From Scyliorhinus canicula (lineage: Eukaryota), in NCBI RefSeq assembly GCF_902713615.1, contig NC_052146.1, forward strand, positions 143,075,875-143,139,874: a stretch of 64,000 nucleotides of DNA. The letters are read 5' to 3'. Below, in pieces: positions 49,332-62,790 of this stretch. The position numbers were made by a program, and so were the translations under genes. How positions within the stretch are numbered: the first letter of the stretch is position 1; every line of letters begins with the position of its first letter. The notes beneath the pieces are model-generated. The model had not been told where the DNA came from, ran no database searches, and was given only the letters and a program-made list of their open reading frames with translations.

Positions 49332-49537
49332 TGGAATTTTGATAGGACAACTGTGATTTAAAAATTGTCTTCCGCCAGTTAAACATTTAAGAGCATCTCT
49401 TGGCCTGCAGAGTACACAAAAAGTGAAACTGATTCATCTACAGTGTCAATTACTTGGTTTGAACTTTGATGTGGTCATGGCCTATGCACATAATCTAATT
49501 AAGTCAGAATTTGCCTTATGGCTGGGGCAGCTCTCGT

Positions 49538-49822
49538 TGGGCAGCACGGTGGTGATCACTGCTTCCTCACAGCGCCAGAGACCCAAGTTCGATTCCGATC
49601 TTGGGTGACTGTCCATGTGGAGTTTGCACATTCTTCCTGTGTCTGCACAGGTTTACTCTGAGTGCTCCGGTTTCCTCCCAAAGTCCAAAGATGTGCAGGT
49701 TCGGTGAATTAGCCATGCTACATTGCCCCCAGGTGGGGTTATGGGGATAGGGTGCTCTTTTAGAGAGGCGGTGCAGGCTCGATGGGCCGTATTGCATCCT
49801 TCTGCACTGTAGGGATTCTATG
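49538..49822 (+). mobile_element. HE1-type V-SINE (internal deletions)
   Basis: GGGCAGCACGGTGG head, core, GATGGGCCGTATTGCATCCTTCTGCACTGT tail. Confidence 0.85.
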
Positions 49823-51039
49823 AAATGCGAATGAAGGAGAATCTACAGCCAAAGAGCAGCAGATGAATCTATCACCTATATGGCTCACCCAGGTTAAAAT
49901 AGAGAATGGCTGTTGCCTCATATTCACTGCTGCAGCCTAAAAGGCTTCTTTTAGTGAAGGTCATTGGTGAAGTTGAGTTCCATGATTCTGCAATTTGACG
50001 TACAGGGCACGTTATGTTGCCAATACCATTAGATGAGAAACCTAGGGGTCATAAACTTTAAATTGCAAAATTGCACACATAAAATATAGTAATTTGTCAG
50101 AAGGACCAGCAATAAATGGCCCGAAAGCTGATGAATTGTTGTGGGAAACTAATTGGCTTACCAATGTCCTTCAGAAAAGAGAGACTACCCACCTATACAA
50201 CTGAGCAAGCTGCATGCAGCATCATACCAGAACTCTTGATTTGTGATGCCCTCTTTACTGTTGAAACAATTGCGAACAGAAGTCAAACCATCTTCTCAGG
50301 ACATTGGGGATGTCCAATTGTGCCTTTACCAATGTTGTTCACATTCTCAGCTCAAATAACAAAATAAACTGCTCACATATATCATTAGATTCAAAAGTCG
50401 AAAGAAGTCTCTTTTTGCCCAGTCAGTCTTGCAGCTAATGATACCGTGCAAGCAGCATTTTGAGAAAGGATATATTGACTGACTCTTGTACTGAGTTTAT
50501 TTGTATTGTACCATTGATAACTTGAGTGTCTCATGTAATTTAAGCATATTATCCAGCTTCTCAATTAATGTGACTTCCAGTGTGCAAGTTGCTGAGTTTC
50601 ATCTATAAACTGTCTCTGTACACTGAGTACATTAAAAATCTTGGGAAGCCTAACCATTAACGGGATCATAAACATGTCAAAATTGGCAACTGCCTTTCAT
50701 CAGCTATTTTTCTTTTACCTGAACTGCATATGAATGAATTTAACAAGGATCACAGCATCAGTCCTCACAAGCTCGCATGTGTGACAAGTCGACAGAGAAA
50801 GAGTTGAACATTTTCTATCTATTCCATACAGAGAGAAAAAACACAGATATATTGTGGTATGGTCAGCTCAGGATGGCTATTCATGGATATTAAAGTAACT
50901 TGGCAAGGATGTGGGAGCCTGGCGGTAATATCAGAGAATGACACCAAGTTGTAAAGAATATTAGGTGAGACAAATAATATGAGATTAGGAAATAGGAAGG
51001 TAACTTGGTAGGTTCAGTCTAAGTTCGGAAAGTAATAAA

Positions 51040-53585
51040 GTTATTAGGGTTGCAGTGCTTGAATGTGAGTTCCACATGGAAAGATGGTGTTGTGGCAAGA
51101 ACAGAGATCTGGCTCAAAGAAGGGCAAATATTCCTGGCTACAAGTTGTTCAAGAAAGATAGGAAAGGAAAGAAAGGAGGAGGGAGGTAGTATCGAGAAAG
51201 GAGGACATTGCAATGCTGGAGAGTGAGAGGATATCCCACGAGGGGCACGAATAGAATCTATGTGGCTTGGGCAGCTGGCACAGTGGTTAGCACTGCTGCA
51301 TCACAGCACCAGGGACCCGGGTTCAATTTCGGCCTTGGATCACTGTCGTGTGGAGTTTGCACATTCTCCCCTTGTCTGTGTGGGTTTCCTCCGGGTGCTC
51401 CAATTACCTTCCCAGCCCAAAGCTGTACAGGTTAGGCTGATTGATCATATTAAATTGTCCCTTTGTGTCCAGGAATGTGCAGGTTAGCTGATGGGGTTAC
51501 TGGGTTAAGGCGGAGTGGATGGGTGAGTGGACAGGGGAGAGTGGTCTTTCGAAGGGTCGGTGCAGACCTGATGGGCCGAATTGCCTCCTTCTGCATTGCA
51601 GGGATTCTTTGTGTAACTGAGGAACAAAAATGGTGCAATTTACATTGCTCAGTGTAATCTGTAGGCCAACAAATAATGGGAAAGATGTTGAGTAACAAAT
51701 GTGCAAGGACATTACAGAGAATTGCAAGAAGCGGTTATAAGAGGGTCTTTATTTATTCAAATATAGACTGGTACAGGAGTAGCAAAAAGGGCAGAGTGGG
51801 GCAAATGTTCCGAGAGTGTGTTCAGGAGAACTTTCTACAGCAGTATGTTTCCAGTCCAATGAGAAAGGAGGCATTGCTGACCTGGTTCTTGGGAATGAGG
51901 TAGACCAAGTGGATCAAATGTCAGATGGAGAATTTTTAGGAGACAGTGATCATTGCATCATAATGCTTAGGTTGGTTATAGAAAGGAACAAGGAATTTGC
52001 TCTTCCTGATATATATATATATTACTGTCCTAGACTTTGGTGTACAGGACACAATTTCAAGATTTGCAGCTGATGCAACACTTCTGAACTGTGTTAAACC
52101 AAGAGGAAGATTGTGTAAAACTTCAGAAGGACATAGACACATTGGTAAAATGGGCAGACAAGTAGCATGACACGATTCATGTTGGTAGGAAGAATGTGGA
52201 GAGACAATATACAGAAGGGTACAACTGAAAAGAAGGTGGCAGGAGCAGAGCGATCTGGGTGTGTCTCTGCATAAAATATTGAAGGCGGCAGGACAGGTTG
52301 AGAAAACTGTTAATAAAGCATATGCCATCCTGGGCTTTATCAATAAAGGCATAGAGTACAAAAGCAAGGAAGTTACGTTAGTTCTGTATAAAATCCTGGC
52401 TTGGCCCTAACTCGAGCATTGCATCCAGTCTAGGCACTACACATCACAAAGAATGAGAAGGCATGAGAGAGGATGTAGAAAATAACCCACTAGAATGGTT
52501 CTAGTGATCAAGAGCTTCAGTTGCATGCAAAGACTGGAGAAGTTGGCACTGTTCTCCACGAAGGTGAGAGAAGGTTTGATCGAGATATTTAAAATCATGA
52601 GGGGTCTAGTCAGAATAGACAGGGAGAGACTATTCCAATTAGTGGATGGGTTGAGAAGCAGAGGGCACAGATTTAAGGTGTGGGATTCTCCCAGCCCTCC
52701 GCCGGGCCGGAGAATCCCCGCGAACGGGCTATGCCACCCCAACACTGTCACACAATTCTCCGCAGTGCTGGCCCGCCGATTCTCCGGCCGGAAGGGCCGT
52801 AGGAAAAGACCTGAGTCCCACTGGCGCCGTTCTAACCTGATCTGCGCCGGTGGGACCTCGGCGTGTAAGGGTCGGGTGGCGGCCGTGGGGGTGGAGGGGG
52901 GGCCCGACCCCGGTGGGGCCTCCGATGTGACCTGACCCGCAATCGGGACCCACTGATCGGCAGGCCGGCCTCTGTGGCTAGGGTCCTCCTTTCCTACACG
53001 CCGGCCCCTGTAGCCCTGTGCCATGTTGCGTCGGGGCCGGCACGTTGAAGGAGGCCACGGCGCATGGGCGTGTTGGTGCCGGCACCACTGCGCATGTCCT
53101 CGTTGCCGCCGGCACAACTGCGCATGCGTGGATCCCGCGGCGCACAGTTCACGCCGGGATCTGCAGCTGGAGCGGCGCGAACCGCTCCAGCGCTGTACTG
53201 GCCCCTGGAGGGGCCAGAATTTGACGTGGCAGAGTGTCCACGCGACGGTGTTTACGACGGTATGGACACTCTGCTGCGGGATTGGAGAATCCCGCCCAAG
53301 GTACTTGCCAAAAGAAGAAATGATGAAATAAGGAAAAGAATATTCAGGCAAAGAGTGATTAGTATCTGGAATGCACTGTCTAAGTTTCTGCTGGACGCAG
53401 AGTTAATTGATGCTTTGAAAAGGAAATTGGATATTCACCTGAAAAGGAAATAACTGCAGGGCTATGGGGAAAAGGCAAGGGAGAGTTGAGAGAGGTGAAT
53501 TGCTCATTCTGGGGGCCAGCACAACATGATGGACTGAATGACCTCCTTCTGTCTGTGCTATAAAAAGCATTCCATGATTTTATTC
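51040..53585 (+). mobile_element. Fragmented CR1 LINE with a nested SINE (51268-51612) and MITE (52678-53297)
   Basis: Endonuclease motifs (CLNV, DLVLGNE, LGDSDH), RT C-terminus (KAYAILGFI, IWNAL) and CR1 tail. Confidence 0.8.
52678..53297. mobile_element. GC-rich Harbinger-type MITE with perfect 3-bp TSD AAG
   Basis: GTGTGGGATTCTCC...GGAGAATCCCGCCC; removal restores CR1 GGGCACAGATTTAAGGT. Confidence 0.9.
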
Positions 53586-53722
53586 TGAAATACAGGCACA
53601 GCAATGTTCCCACGGGTAAAATATAAAGCATTGATCGGTCCTTGAGGTATTATCTTTGACATCCACCCCTGTGATAACTGGAACTTTGAAGAAAATAGAC
53701 GAGAATCTGCTGGCTGCAGTCA

Positions 53723-54085
<363 letters not shown>

Positions 54086-54177
54086 TCACCCCTCCGCGCC
54101 CCCGCCGGTGCAGCGGGTTCCCCAGGGTGCAAACAATTGGAAACTCTGTTGACAGTGGCAGGACCGGAAGATCATTT

Positions 54178-55399
54178 TTTATCATAGAGTCACCACAACG
54201 CAGAAGGAGGCCATTTGGCCAATTGCGTCTCCACCGACCATCTCCGAAAGAGCACCTGACTCAGGCCCACTGCCGCCCTATTCCTGTAACTCCTCATAAC
54301 CTTTTTGTGGTGTAGCCACCTGGGGTGGCCACTGCCCAACACAAAATGGAAGATTGCAAGGAATGCAGGGAAAATGGGCATGTTGTAAAGCAAGCAGCTT
54401 GCAAAGCGATTGTATATTGGGACGACTGCAGAAACCAGTTTTGACTGTTGTAGAAACCAGACAGCACTGTGAAAAGAAACCAGTTAACATACTAATGAGG
54501 TGATACCGGGCGATCCCCAGATACAATGGAAACAAGTTAAACACAGATCGATACATTCTATGGAAGGCCAGACCCTGTGACGCCAGAGAAGCCCAAAACA
54601 ATAAGTCCCAAGAACCGCCCCAGTGACCGAGGAACTGCCGCATGATTGAGGGGTTCAAACATAATCGATTGGGAAGAGACCCAATCGATTCCAAGCAGGT
54701 AAGGGAGTCCGCCCAAAGGGGTGCGGATCCCCTGGGACCTATAAAAGAAAGGTCCCACACATGGTTCAGTCTCCTGTCTCCTGTCTCCTGGCTCCTATTC
54801 CAGCCTTCGGACAGCAGCCACCAACAAGTAAGTGCCTCCCAACGACCGCTACCAGAGATAGGCACTCCCGACCCCCTTTTCAATTGATACCAATCTGAAG
54901 TCTGCAGACCAGAGCAGAGCAAGAGGCCTTGTTCCCTGACCCAGCAGTTCCTTCGAGGTAAGTATTAGTTATTTAGTGGTAGGAATAAGTTTAATCCTTT
55001 TAGCGTGTGCATGGGTAGTTATTATAATTGTATTATAATAAACTCTAGTTGTTTGGACTTACTAATTGGTGTACGGTTTTATTGCTTTGAACTTCTCCTT
55101 GAAGCTTGTGGCAGTGTCTTAACGACACCTGGCGACTCCAGAGCTTAGACAAGAAACAGAGCCAAATTGAGCGTTCAGCACACTCACACAGAAGTCACAA
55201 CAGTGGATACTAAGAGGCAATTTGACATGACCAATCCACCTAACCTACATATCTTTGGACTGTGGGAGGAACAGGAGTAACCGACGGAAACCCACGCAGA
55301 CACGGGGAGAACGTACAGACTCCACACAGACACCTGAGGCCTGAATCAAACCCGGGCCACTGGCGCTGTGAGGCAGCCGTGCTAACCACTGTACCACCC
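54178..55399 (-). mobile_element. HE1-type V-SINE split by a solo LTR
   Basis: Tail half at 54178-54310, head half at 55203-55399. Confidence 0.8.
54311..55202 (+). mobile_element. Solo LTR (892 bp) with 4-bp TSD GTGG
   Basis: TGTAGCC...CACAACA; GTGG at 54307-54310 and 55203-55206; CTATAAAAG at ~54739, AATAAA at ~55037. Confidence 0.88.
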
Positions 55400-55987
55400 C
55401 ATATGTTATTATCTTCTCTGCTCAGCCATGGTCAGAAACCAAATACAAGGCAACTATTGCTGCAAACTAAGGTCCTAACAATTCTTCACAGTTGTGCTGG
55501 TACTAAGCACTGATATGCCCCTCAAAGCTAATTCTGTGTTTGAAACAGTACATCTCAAGAAGCAAAAATCCCAATCAGCGGTTGATACAAAAGAGCTCAG
55601 AAATATTTGCTTTGTACATTGAGTGCATGGCCAAATGGTGGTCCTACAACTTCACTTTTATCCTTCCTCAACACTCCAACAGCATGAAACATTAAATATT
55701 TCATATCATGCAATCAGAGCAAGGAGCATTAAGACCAGGGATGTCTATCTTTTCAGAATATTGGGCATGATGTAGTTAGGAAAACTCTCAATTGGCCATA
55801 ATTTAACACCGTATGCAACTTTTTTTGTCATGCGCTGGTGGGGAGTAAACCTTTCCATGTAATGAGAACTAGATGACAATTTATAACAGGTACAGCATAT
55901 ATAATTTAATGGCATGTTTATGTGACAGTTATTATAATTTAGATGGAGTGAAAGTATTTGCAGTTTATTTCTGTTTTCAAATCTAGT

Positions 55988-56501
55988 GGCTGGGATTCTC
56001 CGCTCTCCGACCGTGAAATCGCGTTTGGCAATTGGCTGGAGAATCCCCGTTTTCACCGAAATCGGTGACGGCACCGCTTTTGCGATGCCCCACCCCTAAA
56101 AAAACAGAGTACGCCGCATGCCGTCAGGACGGCCTCAGGATGCCCCGTTGCTCTGCCCCCGTTGGGCTGAGTTCCCAAAGGCGTGGGTCACTCATGCTAT
56201 TTATTTTCGTGAACCGGCGTGGCGGCTGCGGACGGAGTCCAGCACCGCCAGTCAGGTGGGAGCCGTTCCGCGGGCAGGGGGGGCTTTGATGGGGGCTGGG
56301 GCATTGGTGGGGGGTGGTCCGGGGTGGCGAGCCTGGTCAAAGAGGGGAAGTCTTTGGCAGACTGGGTTCGCGTGCGGCCGGCGTCATGTTGCACGGCGCG
56401 GCCGCTGCAGGCTGCCGCCGTGCGCATGCTCGGCCACAGACTCGGAAATTCTCGGGCCGTATCCGTAGCTAAAGCCGGGAGCTTTACGCTGCGTGGCTGC
56501 T

Positions 56502-56538
<37 letters not shown>

Positions 56539-56644
56539 ACCAGACAGAGGATCGGTGCAGCTTTTGCGCCGTTGTTTTTGGTGTAAAACAGCACTGTCCC
56601 ACGCTGGCGTCAGCACTTGGTCTTCAAATTGGAGAATCCAGCCC
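55988..56644. mobile_element. GC-rich Harbinger-type MITE with perfect 3-bp TSD AGT
   Basis: GGCTGGGATTCTCC...GGAGAATCCAGCCC; AGT at 55985-55987 and 56645-56647. Confidence 0.9.
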
Positions 56645-57099
56645 AGTGTACTGTACGGTTGTGGGATCAGAACAGGCAATGGGACATTTGCATAATTTAT
56701 TAGAAGATTAAATGTCCATGCTTTTAAAAGGAATATCCTCTGTCCTAAAAGGGAAACCCCTAATTTTAAAACAGTGCCCCTTGGTTTTGGAGTCACCCAC
56801 AAGAGGAAACGTCCACCTTATCAAGACTATTCAGGATCTTATATACTTCAATAATGTCACCCCTCACCCTACTAAACTCCAGTGGAAACAAGCACGGTCA
56901 GTCGAACCTTTCCTCATGAAGAAGTGTTGGACAATACATTTTGTGAATTCCATGCATTTTCCTGTTAGATCCAGCTGATAATACGTAGCAAAGAGTTGAA
57001 GACTCTAATTTAAAATTAGACATAATAGCAGTGATCCAATAAAATAAACACAGATGGCCAGAAATGGTCACAGATGGCTACAAGGACATTGGAGAGGAT

Positions 57100-57715
57100 G
57101 GGACGTTCATGATAGCAAAGGATTTTTATTTGTTGCAAGCCAAAAATAGGAGCGATAGGTTTGAGAGGCAGCAAAGCAAAGCAGACAGTGAAGAAAATCA
57201 GGAGATAGAGAAAGCATGTAAAAAAGGCACGATCACAATAATCAATATGCAGGTGGACAGGGAAAATCAGATTGGTAGTGGATCCCAAGAAAGGGAATTT
57301 GTGGAATGTTTAAGAGATGGGTTTTTGGAGAGATTGTGGTAGAGCCCACGAGGGAACAGGCAATTCTGGATTTGGTGATGTGTAATGAAGCAAACTTGAT
57401 TAGGGATCTGAAGGTGAAGTAACCCTTCGGGAGCAGTGACCACAATATGATAGAATTCACCCTGCAGTTTGAGAGGGAGAAGCTAGAATCCAATGTAACG
57501 GTATTACAATTGGACGAGGGTAACTACAAAGACACGAGGGTGGAGCTGGCCAGAGTTGATTAAAAAGGAGCCGAGCAGGGAAGACAGTGGAACAGCAATA
57601 GCAGGTATTTTGGGGGGTTATTCAGGAGGCACAGCATAAATTCATCCCAAGGAGGAGGAAAAATGCTATGGGGAGGATAAGGCATCTCTGGTTGATGAGG
57701 GAAGTCAAGGACAGC
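57100..57715 (+). mobile_element. CR1 ORF2 endonuclease/tether fragment
   Basis: QEREFVECLRDGF..., PTREQAILDLVMCNE, GSSDHNMIEF; followed by an inverted CR1 tail fragment at 57716-57865. Confidence 0.8.
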
Positions 57716-57867
57716 ATAAGAACATAAGAACTAGGAGCAGGAGTAGGCCATCTGGCCCCTCGAGCCTGCTCCGCCATTCAATGAGATCATGGCTGATCTT
57801 TTGTCGACTCAGCTCCACTTTCCTGCCGGAACACCATAACCTTAATCCCTTTATTCTTCAAAAAAAC

Positions 57868-60709
57868 TAGCGCAGAGGCCGGGGTGGAAACTGGATGTGG
57901 GGCTTTTGGGGAACCAAGTGTTCTGTGAGAAAATTGAAAAGGTAATTAAGGAATATGTAGTTTTCAACTGTATGGGTGAGATGTCGAAGGCAGTTGTCTG
58001 GGAGGCTCAAAATGCGGTGGTGAGGGGTGAGGTAATTTCGTTTAAGGCCAGGGTGGACAAAGAGGAGAGGTTGGAGTGGGAGAGGGTAACAGATGAGATG
58101 TTGGAGGTAGATAGGAGTTATGCGGAAGATGGAGACCCAGCGAAGCTGGAAAAGAAATGAAAAATGAAATGAAATGAAAACCGCTTATTGTCACGAGTAG
58201 GCTTCAATGAAGTTACTGTGAAAAGCCCCTAGTCGCCACATTCCGGCACCTGTCTGGGGAGGCTGGTACGGGAATCGATCCGTGCTGCTGGCCTGCTTAG
58301 TCTGCTTTAAGAGCCAGTGAGCTAAACCAGCCCCAGCTGGGGAAGAGAAAGGAACTACAGGCGAGCTTCGACCGACTGTCTACCAGGAAGGCGGTGCGCC
58401 AACTGAGACGAGCTAGGGGTGCAGTTTATAAACATGGAGATAAGTATGTTAGCAGGTCAGCTCTGGAGGGAAGCAGCAGCAAGGGAAATTCTTCAGGTGA
58501 GGGATAGGGCAGGGAAGTTGGTGGTGGCTCCAGAGCTGATTAGCAAGGTTTTTGAGGAGTTTTATGAGAGGTTGTACACGTCAGAGCTACCCGGGGGAGA
58601 CCGTGAAATGCAGGAATTTTGAGATGGGTTGGAGCACCCGAGGCTAGGGGAGGGGGACAGGGCTACATTAGAAGGAGCAATAGTGGGGCAGGAGATAAAG
58701 GATGCGATTGGGAGAATGCAGTCGGGGAAGGTGGCAGGGCCGGATGGGTTTCTGGTGGAATATTATAAAAAATTCAAGTATAAGCTGGCACCCCTGATGG
58801 TGGGGATGTTTGAAGAGGCGATAGGGAAGGGGGTGTTGCCACAAACTTTGGGGCAGGCATCAATTTCACTGTTGCTAAAAAAAGATAAGGATCCGACGGA
58901 GTGTGGGTTGTATAGGCCCATATCACTTCTGAATGTGGACGCAAAAGTATTGGCGAAGGTACTGGCGGGTAGGCTGGAGGAGTGCCTCCCGAAGGTGATA
59001 GGTGAGGATCAGATGGGGTTTGTGAGAGCGAGGCAGCTTTTTGAGAACATTAGGAGGGTTTTGAACGTCGTTATGGCACCGGCGGAAGGGAATGAAACAG
59101 AAGCGGTTCTGGCATTGGACGGCGAGAAGGCGTTTGACCCGGTAGAATGGGGGTACTTGATGGCAGTTCTGGAGCAGTTTGGGATTGGACCAATATTTGT
59201 GAACTGGGTAAAGCTACTATATAAGGAGCCAAAGGCGAATGTCCGCACAAACAACATCAGCTTGAGATACTTTTCTCTCCACTGAGGGACGAGGCAGGGA
59301 TGTCCTATGTCCCCTCTGCTGTTTGCACTTGCGATTGAGCCATTGGCCATTGCATTAAGAAGTTCAGGAGCATGGAAAGGAATAGTGCGAGGGGGTTGGG
59401 GGATAGAGCATAGGGTGTCCTTATATGCCGATGACTTGCTGTTATATGTGTCGGAACCGAGTGTGGTGATAGGGGGAATATTGGAGCTACTGCGGGTATT
59501 TGGGTCTTTCTCGGGGTACAAGCTGAACCGAGACAAGAGTGAGTATTTTGTGGTATCTTGGCCGGGGGGTGGGGGGGGGGGGGCTGCCATTCTGTAGGGC
59601 AGGGACTCACTTTAGGTATCTGGGGCTGCAGGTTGCCCAGGAGTGGGGGAGGCTTCGCAGATACAACATTAGTTTGGTGGAAAGAGTGAAAGCCGATATG
59701 GCAAGGTGGGATGGTCTCCCTCTGTCACTGGCGGGTTGGGTACAGGAGGTTAAAATGAACGTGTTGCCGCAATTTCTGTTTATCTTCAAATGCCTACCGA
59801 TTTTCCTGCCAAAGGCTTTTTTCAGGGAGATTGAGGGAAGGATTACCTCATTCTTATGGAGAGGGAAGGTGGTCAGAGTGAGAAAGATGCTGCTACAGAG
59901 AGGAAGACAGGCAGGGGGTTTCGGTCTTCCGAACCTGATGTATTACTACTGGGCGGCGAATGTGGAGAAGGTGCGGTGCTGGGTCAGAGGGGTTGATTCC
60001 CAATGGGTCAGAATGGAGGAGAGTTTGTGCAGGGGGTCGGGATTGAAAGCACTAGCAACAGCGCCGCTCCCGATAGCTCCGGGGAAATATTCAGGGAGTC
60101 CGGTAATAATAGCTTCATTGAAAATCTGGAGGCAGTTTCGCCAACACTTCGGGTTGGGGGCAGGGTCAAGGGAAATGCCGATTCAGGGGAACCACAGATT
60201 TGAGCCAGGGAGGTTGGATGGAAATTTCCGGAAATGGGAAGAGAAGGGGATTAAGACGCTAAAAGACTTGTTTCTTAGGGGTCGGTTTGCAGGATTGAAG
60301 GAGCAGGGAGCAAAGTATGGGCTGGAGCAGGGAGAAATATTTAGATACATGCCAGGTTTGAGATTTTGCCAGAAAGGAGATACAGAGCTTCCCGGAGGAA
60401 CCGGCCTCCACATTGCTGGAGGAGGTGCTGACGACAAGGAGACAGGAGAAGGGGGTAGTGTGAGCGGTATACGGAGCTATTTTGGAAGAGGATAAGGCAC
60501 CACTGGAAAGGATCAAAGCAAAGTGAGAGGAAGAGTTGGGAGAGGTCATAGAGGAGGGGTTCTGGTATGAGGTGCTCTGGAGAGTGAATGCCTCCACCTC
60601 ATGTGCGAGGTTGGGGCTGATACAGCTGACGGTGGTATACAGAGCACACCTCATGAGGGCGAGGATGAGCCGATTCTTTGAAGGAGTGGAATATGTGTGT
60701 GAGCGTTGT

Positions 60710-60740
<31 letters not shown>

Positions 60741-61567
60741 GGCTAATCACGTTCATATGTTTTGGTCCAAAGCTAGAGTCCAAAGATGTGCAGGTTAAGT
60801 GGATTGGCCAGGCTAAATTGCCCTGTGTCCAAAATTGCCCTTAGTGTTGGGTGGGGTTACTGGGTTATGGGGATAGGGTGGAGGCGTGGGCTTGGGTAGC
60901 GTGCTCTTTCCAAGAGCCGGTGCAGACTCGATGGGCCGAATGGCCTCCTTCTGCACTGTAAATGCTATGAAATTACTGGAAGGAGGTTTTTTGGGTAATT
61001 TTCAAGGTGATGCATGTGAAACTGGACCCGGGTCCACAGGAGGCCATATTCGTGGTGTCGGACAAGCCAGGGTTGGAAACGGGTTGGAATCTGCGGAGGC
61101 AGATATCATAGTCTTTGCCTCGTTGATCGCCCGAAGACGGATCCTGTTGGGATGGAGAGCAGCCTCTCCATCCTTTGCCCTGGCGTGGCAGGGGGACCTG
61201 TTGGAATTCTTGACTCTTGAGAAGGTTAAGTTTGAACTAAGGGGAAGGACGGAGGGGTTCTACAAGTCATGAGCATTATTCATTATGCACTTTCAAGAAC
61301 TGGATAACATCGAACATTAGTTGGGGGGGGATGGGTGGGAGGGGGGCTGTGCATATTAAGGATGACTATGGGTAATCCCTGATTCCTTTTTGTCATTTGT
61401 TTATGTAAACATGCGGGCTAATGTTTGGGGGTTGGTGGGAGGATGGGATCGTTGTTATTGTTATGGGGATTGACATATTTGCTGCCGATTATTGTTTATT
61501 GTTGGTGGGTGTAAATTTGGGAGAAAATGGGAAAAATGAGGAGAATAAAAATAATTTTTTAAAAAAA
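57868..61567 (+). mobile_element. 5'-truncated L1-clade LINE (ORF2 RT plus C-terminal Cys-rich region, A-tail), disabled
   Basis: GKVAGPDGF, YRPISLLNVDAKVLAKVLA, LDGEKAFD, GTRQGCPMSPLLF, SLYADD, FRYLG, CERC; AATAAA and A-rich end. SINEs inserted at 58156-58334 and 60778-60970. Confidence 0.93.
58156..58334 (-). mobile_element. Short tRNA-derived SINE (second head type), (TTTCA)n tail, ~12-bp imperfect TSD
   Basis: Flanks AGCTGGAAAAGA / AGCTGGGGAAGA; interrupts L1 ORF2. Confidence 0.85.
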
Positions 61568-62790
61568 GAGTTATTTGAGGAAGTAACAAGGAAGTTAGAC
61601 AAAGGGGAACCAGTAAACATGATTTATTTAGATTTCCAGAAGGCCTTTGACAAGGTGCCGCATAATGTGCCGTTAAATAATTTAAGAGCCCATGGTGTTA
61701 AGGGTAAGATCCTGGTATGGATAGAGGATTGGCTGACTGGCAGAATGCAGGGGGTGGGGATAAAGGGGTCTTTTTCAGGGTGGCAGCCGGTGACTAGTGG
61801 TGTGCCTCAGGGGTATGTGCTAGGGCGACAACTTTTCACAATATACATGAAAAAAGGAACTGAAGGCACTGTTGCTAAGTTTGTAGATGATAAAAGATCT
61901 GCAGAAGGACAGGTAGTGCTGAGAAGCAAGGGGACTGCAGAAGGATTTTGACAGGCTAGGAGAGTGGGCAATGAATTGGCAGATGAAATACAATGTGGAA
62001 AAATGTGACGTTATGCACTTTGGAAGGAGGAATTTAGACATAGATTATTTTCTAAATGGGGAAATGCTGAGGAAATCGGAAACATAAAGGGAGTCCTTGG
62101 TCGCGATTCTCTTAAGGTTAACGTGCAGGTTCAGTCGGCAGTTAGGAAGACAAATGCAATGTTAGCATTCATGTCAAGAGAGCTAGAGTACAAGACCAGG
62201 GATGTACTTCTGAGGCTTTACAAGGTTCTGGTCAGACCCCATTTGGAGTATTGTGAGCAGTTTTGGGCCCCGTATCTAAGGAAGGATGCGTTGGGCTTAG
62301 AAAGAGTCCAGAGGAGGTTCACAAGAATGATCCCTTGAATGAACAGCCTGTTGTATGAGGAACGGTTGAGGACTCTGGGCCTGTACTCAGAGTTTAGAAG
62401 CATGAGGGGAGATGTTATTGAAACTTACAGGATACTGCGAGGCCTGGATAGAGTGGACGTGGAGAGGATGTTTCCACTTGTAGGAAAAACTTGAACCAGA
62501 GGACACAATCTCAGACTAAAGGGATGATCCTTCAAAACAGAGATGAGGAGGAATGTCTTCAGCCAGAGGGTGGTAAATCTGTGGAAATCTTTGCCGCAGA
62601 AGGCTGTGGAGGCCAAATCATTGAGTGTCTTTAAGACAGAGATAGATAGGTTCTTGATTAATAAGGGGGTCAGGGATTATGGGGAGGAGGCAGGAGAATG
62701 GGGATGAGAAAAATATCAGCCATGATTGAATGGCGGAGCAGACTCAATGCGCCAAGTGGCCTAAATCTGCTTCTACGTCTTATGATCTGA
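61568..62790 (+). mobile_element. CR1 LINE RT plus 3' tail
   Basis: FEEVTRKLDKG...YLDFQKAFDKVPH, SGVPQG, RPHLEYCEQFWAP; CR1 tail ending TCTTATG. Confidence 0.9.

Noticed and set aside
57868-61567. Active L1 element
   Set aside because: It lacks ORF1 and the endonuclease, and has in-frame stops, frameshifts and two SINE insertions.
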